NCBI GenBank assembly: GCA_033764955.1
Contig: JANRIL010000024.1
Coordinates: 128,001-192,000 of the forward strand
Direction of reading: 5' to 3'
DNA from: Cyanobacteriota bacterium
GTDB lineage: Bacteria > Cyanobacteriota > Cyanobacteriia > Thermostichales > Thermostichaceae
Length of the DNA stretch: 64,000 nt
Shown: positions 50,467-59,544 of the stretch, one piece after another
Layout: every line of letters begins with the position of its first letter
How positions within the stretch are numbered: position 1 is the stretch's first letter
Program-made: the position numbers and the translations under genes
Notes under the pieces: generated by a model
Seen by the model: only the letters and a program-made list of their open reading frames with translations
What the model was told of the DNA's origin: nothing
The model's database searches: none

Positions 50467-51546
50467 CTAGATCTTTCCTTACCCCCGCTTTGGCGAGATG
50501 GCTTCACCCTATTTCTTAGTTTGGTGGTGCAGGCTCTCCCCTTTTTATTGTTGGGGGTGTTTGTCTCTGGGGTATTGGCGGTCTTTGTCAACGAACAAAA
50601 ACTGATGCGTTGGCTGCCCCAGGGGAGGTGGAGTAGTTCCTTGTTGGGGGGATCCCTCGGCTTTTTCTTTCCGGTTTGTGAGTGTGGCAACCTGCCTGTG
50701 GCGCGGCGACTGGTCATGAAAGGGATCCCGCCCCATTTTGCGATTGCGTTTTTGCTGGCGGCTCCTGTTTTTAATCCGGTGGTGATCGCGGCCACTTGGA
50801 TTGCTTTTCGTGCTACTCCCGAAATGGTGGTCTATCGAGTCGGCCTGTCGTTTGCGATTGCTGTGGTGGTGGGATGGATTTTTAGTTTTCAGAAAGATCT
50901 AGAGCCACTGCTTCACCCTGATGTCTGGCAGGAACGTCAGCGCACTCAGCAGACTCAATCCTCAAATGAAACTCGTAATCTCTTGGCGGGCGGCACTTTC
51001 CTGATCCCATCAACCTCTTCCCTCTCTGGCTCATTCTCGGCTCAATCCACCACCACTACCCTACAAACGGCTGAAGAGGTGTATCGAACAGCCCTCGATC
51101 AGGGGGATCCCTGGCAGGCTGGGCAACAGTTTGGGGGGGGATGGGCAGCTTGGCGGTTGCTACTGGATACCTGGAGCCGCGAGATTCAAGAATTGGGATC
51201 CGTGTTGGTGGTGGGAGCAGCGGTGGCCGCTCTCATCCAGACGGTGCTGCCGCGTGCCTTTTTGTTGAACTATGGACAAGGGCCGATTGTCTCGGTGGTG
51301 GTCATGCTGGGCTTAGCGGTGGTGGTGTCCATTTGCTCGACGGTGGATGCTTTTTTTGCCCTAGCTTTTGCCGCCACCTTTACCCCCGGATCGTTGCTAG
51401 CCTTTATGGTTTTTGGCCCAATGATCGACCTGAAGGCGGTGGGGTTATTGCTAACGTTGTTTCGACCCCGCACCGTGTTTTATTTGATTGTGTTAACCCT
51501 GCAATTTACGTTGATTGGCGCGCTTGCCCTCAACTTTTACGGCTAG
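50464..51546 (+). CDS. DUF318 (ArsP-like) permease
   Basis: FPVCECG; FLLAAPVFNP; SICSTVDAF; FGPMIDLK. Confidence 0.9.
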   Translation: MLDLSLPPLWRDGFTLFLSLVVQALPFLLLGVFVSGVLAVFVNEQKLMRWLPQGRWSSSLLGGSLGFFFPVCECGNLPVARRLVMKGIPPHFAIAFLLAAPVFNPVVIAATWIAFRATPEMVVYRVGLSFAIAVVVGWIFSFQKDLEPLLHPDVWQERQRTQQTQSSNETRNLLAGGTFLIPSTSSLSGSFSAQSTTTTLQTAEEVYRTALDQGDPWQAGQQFGGGWAAWRLLLDTWSREIQELGSVLVVGAAVAALIQTVLPRAFLLNYGQGPIVSVVVMLGLAVVVSICSTVDAFFALAFAATFTPGSLLAFMVFGPMIDLKAVGLLLTLFRPRTVFYLIVLTLQFTLIGALALNFYG

Positions 51547-51609
51547 GTTCCGGCTAGGCTAGAGGACGTTAACCAGGTTCTACCCATCACCCAAAGAGAG
51601 GGATCCCTT

Positions 51610-52290
51610 ATGCAGCAACGAGTGGGCTGGGCTTTACTATGGCTAGGATTTGTGGTCTATGCTTTCTTCTTGGCTCCGGCGGATGATCTGGCGGCGACCG
51701 GGGAGTTAATTCGGCGGTTGGTGCAGGGAGACATCGCGGGCATCAATCCCTGGATTGTGGCAGAGTTTAACCTGATGGGGGTCTTGCCGCTGGCCTATAC
51801 TTCTTTATTATTGGTGGATGGACACCGCCAAAAAGCCCTGGGACAAAAGGTTCCGGCTTGGCCGTTTGCCCTCCTAATGATGGGGGTGGGAGCATTTGCC
51901 CTGTTGCCCTACCTAATGCTGCGGCGACCCCTACAAGGGCAAGAAGGGATCCCTCCCCTGAATAGCTATTTGCGGGTCTGGACTAGTCGCTGGGTGGGTT
52001 GGGGATTGTTGGTGACAAGTCTCGGTTTGTTGGGATTTGCTGGCTGGCGGGGAGATTGGGCAGATTTTTGGCAGCAGTGGCAAACCAGTCGGTTTATTCA
52101 TGTCATGACCCTCGATTTTTGTCTGTTGACCAGCGTTTTGCCCTTCCTGGTCAATGAAGATCGGGTGGGGCGAGCCGCTTTACCCCCGTTGGGCATCGGC
52201 ATGATCAATAGCCTTCCCTTGCTGGGAGCCTTGGGCTATTTGTGTCTGCGACCTGCCCCCTTGCCGGAGGTGCTTCAGCCCCCAGATTGA
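51610..52290 (+). CDS. Conserved cyanobacterial membrane protein (DUF2834-like)
   Basis: FNLMG; GAFALLPYL; FIHVMTLDF. Confidence 0.75.
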   Translation: MQQRVGWALLWLGFVVYAFFLAPADDLAATGELIRRLVQGDIAGINPWIVAEFNLMGVLPLAYTSLLLVDGHRQKALGQKVPAWPFALLMMGVGAFALLPYLMLRRPLQGQEGIPPLNSYLRVWTSRWVGWGLLVTSLGLLGFAGWRGDWADFWQQWQTSRFIHVMTLDFCLLTSVLPFLVNEDRVGRAALPPLGIGMINSLPLLGALGYLCLRPAPLPEVLQPPD

Positions 52291-52320
52291 TCTTCTCAGA
52301 AGGAATGTCGGGCATTTTTC

Positions 52321-52948
52321 GGTTGTGCATCAGATAATAGTGGGACAAGTTAAAAGGACATGCCAAGTCCAAGGTCGAGTTGCTAACCCAGCACGTTGGG
52401 CTGCTGTTGTCTTCAGGCGACTATGCGGCCAAATCCAATTGAAGCCGCTCACGACTAATCGGGTCGTTACCTTCGTTTGTTCCCACACCTTGCCAAACGT
52501 ATTCTGCCTACGATGCCATCTTCCCGTTTGTTGCCGCACAATTCCATTGGTGCGTTCCAATCGTTGCGTCTTGTCCTTGCCGATGTAGTGCACGATTTCG
52601 GGCGGCAAGACTCGCTCGTAGCCCCCCCAGTCATCGCTATTCCACTGCTTACAATTGGTTTTTCCCTGGCTACTAACGACTAAAGATTCAATTCAGACTA
52701 CTGCCTTCGCTATGGGCTTGCAGGACTTGACGGATGTGTTCAGCACTGACTTGACGGTGGTAGTACATTGTGTCAGATCACTCATTGAATGTTTGCTGGC
52801 AATGGGGTCAGAAATAGCGTTGACTCCCATTCTGGAGCTTTGCCATGTTTATGGGTACTAGGATGACCGCAGAGCCGACATGCCATGATTTCTCTGTAAA
52901 AGCGCCACGCTCTACTTTACTTTACCCACCATCCTTTGACGCACCACC
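52321..52948 (-). mobile_element. Degenerate IS1-family element
   Basis: Imperfect terminal IRs GGTTGTGCATCAG / GGTGGTGCGTCAA; InsA-like MACRLCGHPSTHKHGK with stops; InsB-like TQRLERTNGIVRQQTGRWHRRQN; no target duplication seen. Confidence 0.85.
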
Positions 52949-52997
52949 CGATAGCGGTCAATGCAAGTTTCCAAATATTCCTTCAAGAACATCAATC

Positions 52998-53187
52998 ACT
53001 TCATTCGGAATCGTTGTCTCGCTGTCGTTGCGGTGCGGAATAGCCGAGTCAACCGCCGATCCCCACTTTGGCAATATCAGCGAACACTGAATCTATACTC
53101 CGGATCCACAATCGCTAGCCCCAGGGATCCGCCTGCCAGCATCAGCACCAGGAGCATCTGGGGGATATGGTGTTTTATGGTTGGCAC
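52998..53187 (-). pseudogene. Disrupted small membrane (holin-like) ORF
   Basis: MPTIKHHIPQMLLVLMLAGGSLGLAIVDPEYR, then a frame change to FADIAKVGIGG with a stop. Confidence 0.4.
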
Positions 53188-53360
53188 CGTTGTTCTAATT
53201 GCTCTAAGGGGATGGAGATAGATTTCAGTCGAGCAGACAGGATCCCAATCTCATGCCATTTGGTAGCGGCGGATCCGACTAACATCAACAGCAATCCAGA
53301 GGAGAGCAAACTGAGGAAGTCGCGCCAAAATCCAGGGTGGGATCCATTTCCGTAACTCAT
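53175..53360 (-). CDS. Small single-TM protein (possible holin/lysis accessory)
   Basis: ATGA overlap with the GH108 gene; hydrophobic helix. Confidence 0.5.
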   Translation of the reverse strand: MSYGNGSHPGFWRDFLSLLSSGLLLMLVGSAATKWHEIGILSARLKSISIPLEQLEQRCQP

Positions 53361-53890
53361 CGCGTAATCACCCCCATGAGCGCGTTGTCACGATTCAGCC
53401 AGCCTTGTAGGAAAACTCGTTGTGTGGGATTTTCTGTGACTCGTTGATGGCGGTATCGGATCCGAGCTTCCACAATGGCGATTGCGGTTTGGCGGGAGTT
53501 GTTTTTCTCAAAGGCAGCTTGAGTGATGGATCCCCAGATGCCATCCACCCCCACCTTGAGCACAGATTGCAGGAATTTGACGGATCCCATCACGCCAAAA
53601 TTGACTGCTGTATCAAACTGAGCAATTGCCAGGGGCAAGATCATCTGAACACAACGAGCGGGAGTCCAGTAGTTTTCCCAATAGATCCACTTCACCTCTT
53701 GCGGCTGGATCCGTTTCACATCTTGGGGAACCAGGTTCTTGCTTTTGCGCCAGTGATCATAGGTGGCCTGGGTGATGCCGAAGTTGGTGCGTCCACCTGG
53801 ATCCGCAGGATGATCCACAAAGCCACCTTCCCAGCGTTGGGTGAAGGCCAAGGCTTTTTCAAAATTCTGAGTATTCCTAGCAGCGGTCAT
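53357..53890 (-). CDS. Glycoside hydrolase family 108 lysozyme
   Basis: WEGGFVDHPADPGGRTNFGIT; FDTAVNFG; VDGIWG; FLQGWLNR. Confidence 0.93.
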   Translation of the reverse strand: MTAARNTQNFEKALAFTQRWEGGFVDHPADPGGRTNFGITQATYDHWRKSKNLVPQDVKRIQPQEVKWIYWENYWTPARCVQMILPLAIAQFDTAVNFGVMGSVKFLQSVLKVGVDGIWGSITQAAFEKNNSRQTAIAIVEARIRYRHQRVTENPTQRVFLQGWLNRDNALMGVITR

Positions 53891-54012
53891 AGTGAAATCT
53901 CAATAGCACACCTGCTAACCTAACGAACCAGATCCGGTCACCTGATGCACAGTGCAGCAAGTTAGATCTAGGGGTTTGCCAGGATGGATTCAACTGTTGT
54001 TGAGGTGTCAAA

Positions 54013-54273
54013 ATGCGTGTTGCAGATTTTCAATCCACTCTGCCGATTCCGGCTCCTGAGCTGCCTGCCAGCGTGGATCCCAATGATGCGATTGGTGTGG
54101 AGAAGTACATTTTCTCATTGCTCATTCACAGTGCCCATGTGGAGACCAAGCTCAATGAGAGCCTGCCCCGTACTCAGCGAGAGAATCGATTTGGGTTGAC
54201 CATCTCTGAGGATGGATCGTTGAAGGCCAGCATTGCTGGGCAAACCCAGTTGTCTGATTTGCAGATCAGTTGA
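54013..54273 (+). CDS. Hypothetical element-borne protein
   Basis: GAGG SD upstream; 86-aa ORF. Confidence 0.5.
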   Translation: MRVADFQSTLPIPAPELPASVDPNDAIGVEKYIFSLLIHSAHVETKLNESLPRTQRENRFGLTISEDGSLKASIAGQTQLSDLQIS

Positions 54274-54319
54274 TCTTGATTGTGAAAATGGTGCCTGCCC
54301 TAGTTGTCTGGGGCAGGTT

Positions 54320-54766
54320 TTATTCTTGTCTGGGATCCTTCAGGGGTGGATGCCAGCCTGCACTCACCCAGAATTGACGGACTTGGAGAATCGCACCTTC
54401 ATCGTGTTCATCATCATTGAGATCCAATCGATTACAGGTAGCGCGTCCTGTTGAAGTGGTTCCCAGGATTCTGAGAGCATCTTTAGTCCAGACAAAATGC
54501 TCTGACCATTGTTGTTGGCGAGGTTGAAATAAGGGAGCCGTCTTCTGGAATTCAGGATCTATGCCATCTCTAAAATTGTAGTGGCGATTGTTGCAACGAC
54601 GACAAGCTAAAGCCAGGTTATCCAGTTCGTCGGATCCGCCCAATGACTGAGGATGAATGTGATCAATCGTAAAAAGATCAGGACTCAGATATTCGGGGGA
54701 GTGGCAGTATTCACATAAGAATCCGGCTCGTTTTCGTACATATCTTCTAAGTGAGTCGGACACCAT
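54320..54766 (-). CDS. HNH endonuclease
   Basis: CEYC; IDHIHP..GG; NLALACRRCN; LFQPR..WSEHF; GRAT. Confidence 0.92.
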   Translation of the reverse strand: MVSDSLRRYVRKRAGFLCEYCHSPEYLSPDLFTIDHIHPQSLGGSDELDNLALACRRCNNRHYNFRDGIDPEFQKTAPLFQPRQQQWSEHFVWTKDALRILGTTSTGRATCNRLDLNDDEHDEGAILQVRQFWVSAGWHPPLKDPRQE

Positions 54767-55005
54767 TTTGCAGCAGCCGCTAGTTGAGCGTTGATAAAGG
54801 TAAATATTCTGGAGAGATCAGAGATCCCAGCCAGTTCAGCTTCTTCATCAGGAGTTAGGGATCCCGTTTTGTGACGGTCTAACAACTCGTCCGAGCGGGA
54901 TTGCAAGGATGAGCTGAACCGAAACAGCTTGATATTGCCTGCACTAACAACCCCAATTCCTTGGGGCAAAAGAGATGAGGGCTGAACCATGACTTGTGGC
55001 GACAT
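54685..55005 (-). CDS. Small partner of the HNH gene (putative antitoxin)
   Basis: LQSRSDELLDRHKTGSLTPDEEAELAG; overlaps the HNH start. Confidence 0.7.
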   Translation of the reverse strand: MSPQVMVQPSSLLPQGIGVVSAGNIKLFRFSSSLQSRSDELLDRHKTGSLTPDEEAELAGISDLSRIFTFINAQLAAAAKWCPTHLEDMYENEPDSYVNTATPPNI

Positions 55006-55063
55006 ATCACGTTAAAAGTAGCATTATCAGCATTCTAGCTTTTCATACCCTTGCCCTGTATTG

Positions 55064-55417
55064 TCATGAGACTATCAGGGAACTTGTTTCCAAAACCAGG
55101 CTATCTGAAATGATAAAAATTGCCTGCTCAGATCCCCCCACCCGCAACACCTGGATCCCAGACTCCAATTTCTGCAGGATCCGCCATAATCTTGACCAGT
55201 AAGGATCCAATAACAACGGCTCAAAAAACTCTTCCCCAGATTGGACAATAACCGGATCCCCCTGCGCCATTCGAGCACACACTTTGCTCACCACCAACGG
55301 ATAGGGAGCTAACTGCACAGGTTCATCTGCATCGGAGATGTAGCAGAGTTTCGGCACCAGTCGCCGCACCTGATCCTTGAGTTTGCTGCGCTTCGATTTG
55401 CGGTAGCGTACCTTCAT
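55064..55417 (-). CDS. Hypothetical protein
   Basis: Starts 3 nt after the XRE-ImmA stop with GAGG SD. Confidence 0.6.
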   Translation of the reverse strand: MKVRYRKSKRSKLKDQVRRLVPKLCYISDADEPVQLAPYPLVVSKVCARMAQGDPVIVQSGEEFFEPLLLDPYWSRLWRILQKLESGIQVLRVGGSEQAIFIISDSLVLETSSLIVS

Positions 55418-55420
55418 ACC

Positions 55421-56551
55421 TCACCAGGGTAATTCCTCAAATTCCAGACTTTCTTGATCCGATGCTTTTGAGGTCACACTCAGCAATCGTCTTTTGAGAT
55501 CCGCCTCTTTTACCTTCAGAAGTTGGGCGGCTTGAGAGAGTGAAATCGGGGATGATTCCAGACTCTCTTTGACAATTTCTAAGACTGATGAGGGATAAGC
55601 ATCGATCTTTTCAACATCAAAAATAGCGGGCACTTCAAACCACTGGGGATCCAGCTTCAATTGCACAGCCAAACTGCGGGGACTGCATTCCTTCCATTCT
55701 TCTCGTTGGGTAATCGAGATCAGTCTTTCTTCCCACAATCGCATCAACATCGTGGCGTAACTGACTCGCATTCTTACTGCCAACAACATCACCCGAATTG
55801 GATCCAAGTGATGAAACACAAAGCATTCTTGTACTAGATATCTCAGAGCTTTTCCTGGTACTAAAAAGTGGGCGGCAAAAACGTTGGCAAAGCGTTCTTT
55901 TGGGTCGGATCCGTGACTACTGACACTGGTAATCCCTTTGGCGGAATAGTGATAAAAGGCATGAGCTAATTCGTGAGCCAGAGTAAAAACTTGACGGCCT
56001 GGGGTGGTGTCGGAATTAACCAGGATGCAACTGCCTAAGCGGGGATGATTGTAATAGGCTCCTGAGATTTGACTGGATCCCATCTGACGAAAACTACCTA
56101 ATGGTGCTCGATAGACCAGTACCCCAATACTGTCGAGAAACCCAGCCAGATCTGAAATGGCATCCAGTCCGAGATCGTAATGTGCCCGCACCTCAACCGC
56201 CAAAGTAGGAGCGCGGCGGATGTCTTCTTCTAAGCCCCGATCTAATTTCTTGGGGGTTTTGAAAGTCTGGATCTCACGTCCTTGACTGGTGAGAAAATCT
56301 GCCCAGGCATCCAGAAAATCCAGCCAACCATCGATCTCGATCCGCACCTCACCGTTTTGCGGGATCCCGCGATAGAGCACTTCTCGCTCTTGATCTTCCG
56401 CCAGATCGATTTCCCCCAGTAGGTACGCCACAGGCACCTGATAAAACTTGGCCAGTTTCTGCAATGCACTGGCTTGAGGACGACGTTTGCCGTTTTCCCA
56501 AGTGGAGATCGTCTCGAGGGGAATCTTGATAGCTTTATCCGTATGAGACAA
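55421..56551 (-). CDS. XRE HTH-ImmA/IrrE metallopeptidase fusion, likely N-terminally truncated
   Basis: TISTWENGKRRP..LQKLAKFYQV HTH half; RQVFTLAHELAH; ERFANVFAAHFLVP. Confidence 0.88.
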   Translation of the reverse strand: MSHTDKAIKIPLETISTWENGKRRPQASALQKLAKFYQVPVAYLLGEIDLAEDQEREVLYRGIPQNGEVRIEIDGWLDFLDAWADFLTSQGREIQTFKTPKKLDRGLEEDIRRAPTLAVEVRAHYDLGLDAISDLAGFLDSIGVLVYRAPLGSFRQMGSSQISGAYYNHPRLGSCILVNSDTTPGRQVFTLAHELAHAFYHYSAKGITSVSSHGSDPKERFANVFAAHFLVPGKALRYLVQECFVFHHLDPIRVMLLAVRMRVSYATMLMRLWEERLISITQREEWKECSPRSLAVQLKLDPQWFEVPAIFDVEKIDAYPSSVLEIVKESLESSPISLSQAAQLLKVKEADLKRRLLSVTSKASDQESLEFEELPW

Positions 56552-56603
56552 GTTATCCTAGAGCGGGAAAACACTTAAATCGATCCACAAGCATTGCAAG
56601 ACC

Positions 56604-58038
56604 ATGGAATTGAATGATATTCAAGCCAGGATCAATACATTGATGACAGCTTTTGTTACAGAGATAAAAGGATCTTCTGCGATGGGCAGAAATGACATTA
56701 ATAAAGTTTCTGAACTTGTTTTGATTCCTATTTTCAAAGAAATATATGGCTATAGAAATTTGCAGAACTTGAATCATCAATACTCAATCAACTATCCTTC
56801 CATAGACCTAGGGGATGAAGTAAGTAAAGTTGCAATACAAGTCACGGCAACTCAAGATATAGAAAAGATTAAAGATACACTAAAAAAGTTTATCGAAAAC
56901 AAACTAAATCAGAAATTCAACAGATTAATTATATATATTCTTACCGAAAAACAGAGATCCTACTCTAGTAAATCAATAGAAAAGATAATCAATAGCACAT
57001 TTGATTTTTCTCCGGAAAATGACATTCTCGACTATCGAGATATCCTAAAAGAGGTTTCATCATTTCAAGTTGACAAAGCAAGAAAGATTAGAGAAATTCT
57101 TGAGTCAAACTTTAGCAGTTACAGATTTAATGGCAATCAAGAACCTATTGATTTAGCTACTCAATCTATCTATCTAAATCTATTGGAACTAAAATTCCCT
57201 GAGAATATGTATTTAGCTGAAATTGCTCATAATATATCAACATCCACTAAGGATGCACCAAGAAAAAATAAAGCCCCCAGAGACATCGTAAAGATTTTAC
57301 TTGAGGATTTGGGTTTAAAATCTAGCTCGGATTGGGTTATCTCAGGAAATAAAATTATTACATTTAACGATCTCGAAAACAATTCAATTCCTTTATCTAA
57401 TATTACTCGAAAAGATACAATAAATATTGTTAATTCAATAAAATATTGCAGTGCTAGTATGGATAACGAGTCAATTTTTAAATCCCTATTAGATCGCTGT
57501 ATGCAACAAAAGCTATATCACCGTGGAGTTCAATGGCAAAACGAAGAAAAACTATTCATTTTCACTTCAATACAAAATCAGCCTAAACGTACTGAGAAAT
57601 GGAAAGGAGAAAAGGAAAGTGTAAGAACAGTATATGAGCGCAAGATGAAAAAAAACAAGCCTGAGGAGATATTGTGTTATAAGCACCTAGGATTCAGAAT
57701 TCAGTATTGACAGTAAGTGGTATTGCATAGTAAAACCCGATTGGTTCTTTAGCCATGATGGATATAAGAGGTCATACTATCATGCTCAATCAGTCCAATG
57801 GCTCAAAAAACAAGAAAATGACACACAAGTCTTTAATCATCTAAGATTTATCGTGTATTTCCTCTCCAACGAGCCAGAGGCAAGTTTATTTGATATGAAG
57901 CGATCTTATCCATTCCTGTCTTTTGGAAATTTATTAAGCTTTGATTGTGCTCCAATTCTAAAGGATGAGGATTGGAATCCATCAGATCAACTTCAGCCAG
58001 ATCAACTAGAGTCAGATCAGTTAACTATAGATTTATGA
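56604..58038 (+). pseudogene. SMEK-domain/APAZ-like partner of a short Argonaute, split by a frameshift near 57705
   Basis: N-terminal NLQNLN..NYPSIDLGD..VAIQVTAT..KIKDTL (SMEK-like); the +1 frame is open 57691-58038 (KWYCIVKPDWFFSHDGY..ENDTQVFNHLRF) and ends in an ATGA overlap with the Ago gene. Confidence 0.75.
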
Positions 58039-59459
58039 GATCACATTTTCTTCAGGAACCTTTTCTTGAGTTTGGCTGCGGGCAGCATATTTGTCCTAGG
58101 GCTGGAATCTCCGAATATAAGGTATATGATACAAGGTTTTCTGCAAGACGTGAGAAGATTTTGGTCGGAGCAATTGGAACAAGTCAGAATTTGACTGAAT
58201 TTAGTTTATGGCTTGATAAATGCTCAAAGGTTATACCAGGAAAATCTGAATCAAGACATAGTAACCTTTATCCTTCATTTTGTGGATTTAATTTGGAATC
58301 TGGCTATAAAGCAAGGTTTATATTTAATGAGGAGATAACAAGGAAAATAAATAATTCAGACATAAAGAATTTGCTTAAAATTGAAAACTGGAATGATAGA
58401 GTAAATGAGACATCAGAATTATACTACCAGCTTACTAAATTTCTAGCTCAAAATAGGTCTGTTGATGTTATTGTGTGTATTATCCCAGACGAATTATATA
58501 GTAAAATATCTCAAAAGGAAAAGACCCCTATCGAAGAATCAATTGACGAAGCTGCTTCTGTTGATATTTTAGAGAATAATTTTCGAAGACTTATTAAAGC
58601 AAAAAGCATGCATCTTGGTAAGCCTATACAGTTATTGCGTAGCTCATCATTGCAGTCTAATTCTACAATGCAACAGGATGATGCAACCAAGGCTTGGAAC
58701 TTTTCCACTGCTTTATATTATAAAGCTAATCAAACAGTTCCCTGGAAGCTAATAACAAATATCAATAGACCATCTATTTGTTTTGTAGGAATTAGTTTTT
58801 ATCGTAGTCGCGACAGAAAAATATTGCATACAAGTCTTGCCCAATTGTTTGATGAATTAGGCAATAGTGTAATTCTTAGAGGCACACCAGTAGCCATTGG
58901 CAAAGATGATCGTCAGCCACACTTGACAGCTTATCAAGCTCATGCACTACTAAAAGAATCACTATCTGAGTATGCGCTCGCTCTTGGTAACTTTCCCGCA
59001 AGGTTAGTTATTCATAAATCATCAAAATTCAATGATCAAGAGATTGATGGTTTTAGAAGTGCTGCCTCAGAAGCGAGAGTCAATTCTATCGACTTTGTCT
59101 CCATCCTTGATACTGATATTCGACTATTTCGAGGGCAGACTTACCCACCGTACAGAGGTACTCTCATTGAGTTGGATTCTAAAACTAATTTGTTGTATAC
59201 TAAAGGTTCAGTTAATTACTATAAAACTTATACAGGGAAATACATACCACATCCATTAGAAATTAGGGTGGCTGATGCTGACGAGTCTCCTAAGGTAATA
59301 TGTGAAGAGATTCTCGCACTAACAAAAATGAACTGGAATAATACACAGTTTGACGGTAGGCTTCCTATCACAATCCAGTGTTCTAGGAAAGTTGGTGAGA
59401 TTATGAAATACTTGAGTGAACATGATAATCCTCAAGTTCGTTATTGTTATTACATGTAG
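58035..59459 (+). CDS. Short prokaryotic Argonaute (MID-PIWI, catalytically inactive)
   Basis: EPFLEFG start; KPIQL; ALYYKA; PW; CFVGISFY; RLVIHKSS; RGT; LLYTKG; ILALTKMNWN; LPITI; 474 aa, no N/PAZ domains. Confidence 0.93.
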   Translation: MRSHFLQEPFLEFGCGQHICPRAGISEYKVYDTRFSARREKILVGAIGTSQNLTEFSLWLDKCSKVIPGKSESRHSNLYPSFCGFNLESGYKARFIFNEEITRKINNSDIKNLLKIENWNDRVNETSELYYQLTKFLAQNRSVDVIVCIIPDELYSKISQKEKTPIEESIDEAASVDILENNFRRLIKAKSMHLGKPIQLLRSSSLQSNSTMQQDDATKAWNFSTALYYKANQTVPWKLITNINRPSICFVGISFYRSRDRKILHTSLAQLFDELGNSVILRGTPVAIGKDDRQPHLTAYQAHALLKESLSEYALALGNFPARLVIHKSSKFNDQEIDGFRSAASEARVNSIDFVSILDTDIRLFRGQTYPPYRGTLIELDSKTNLLYTKGSVNYYKTYTGKYIPHPLEIRVADADESPKVICEEILALTKMNWNNTQFDGRLPITIQCSRKVGEIMKYLSEHDNPQVRYCYYM

Positions 59460-59544
59460 TTGAAGACTTGTTTTAAAGTTGCAAATTTAATTGTAAAAGA
59501 GCGAATTTATTACCTGACCCACTTTGCCTTAGCCTAATGGTTGA

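Noticed and set aside
57972..58034. Longer start for the Argonaute ORF
   Set aside because: ATG 58035 gives the typical EPxLEFG start and an ATGA coupling
57853..58038. Independent 61-aa gene
   Set aside because: The frame is open from 57691 and reads as the continuation of the upstream gene
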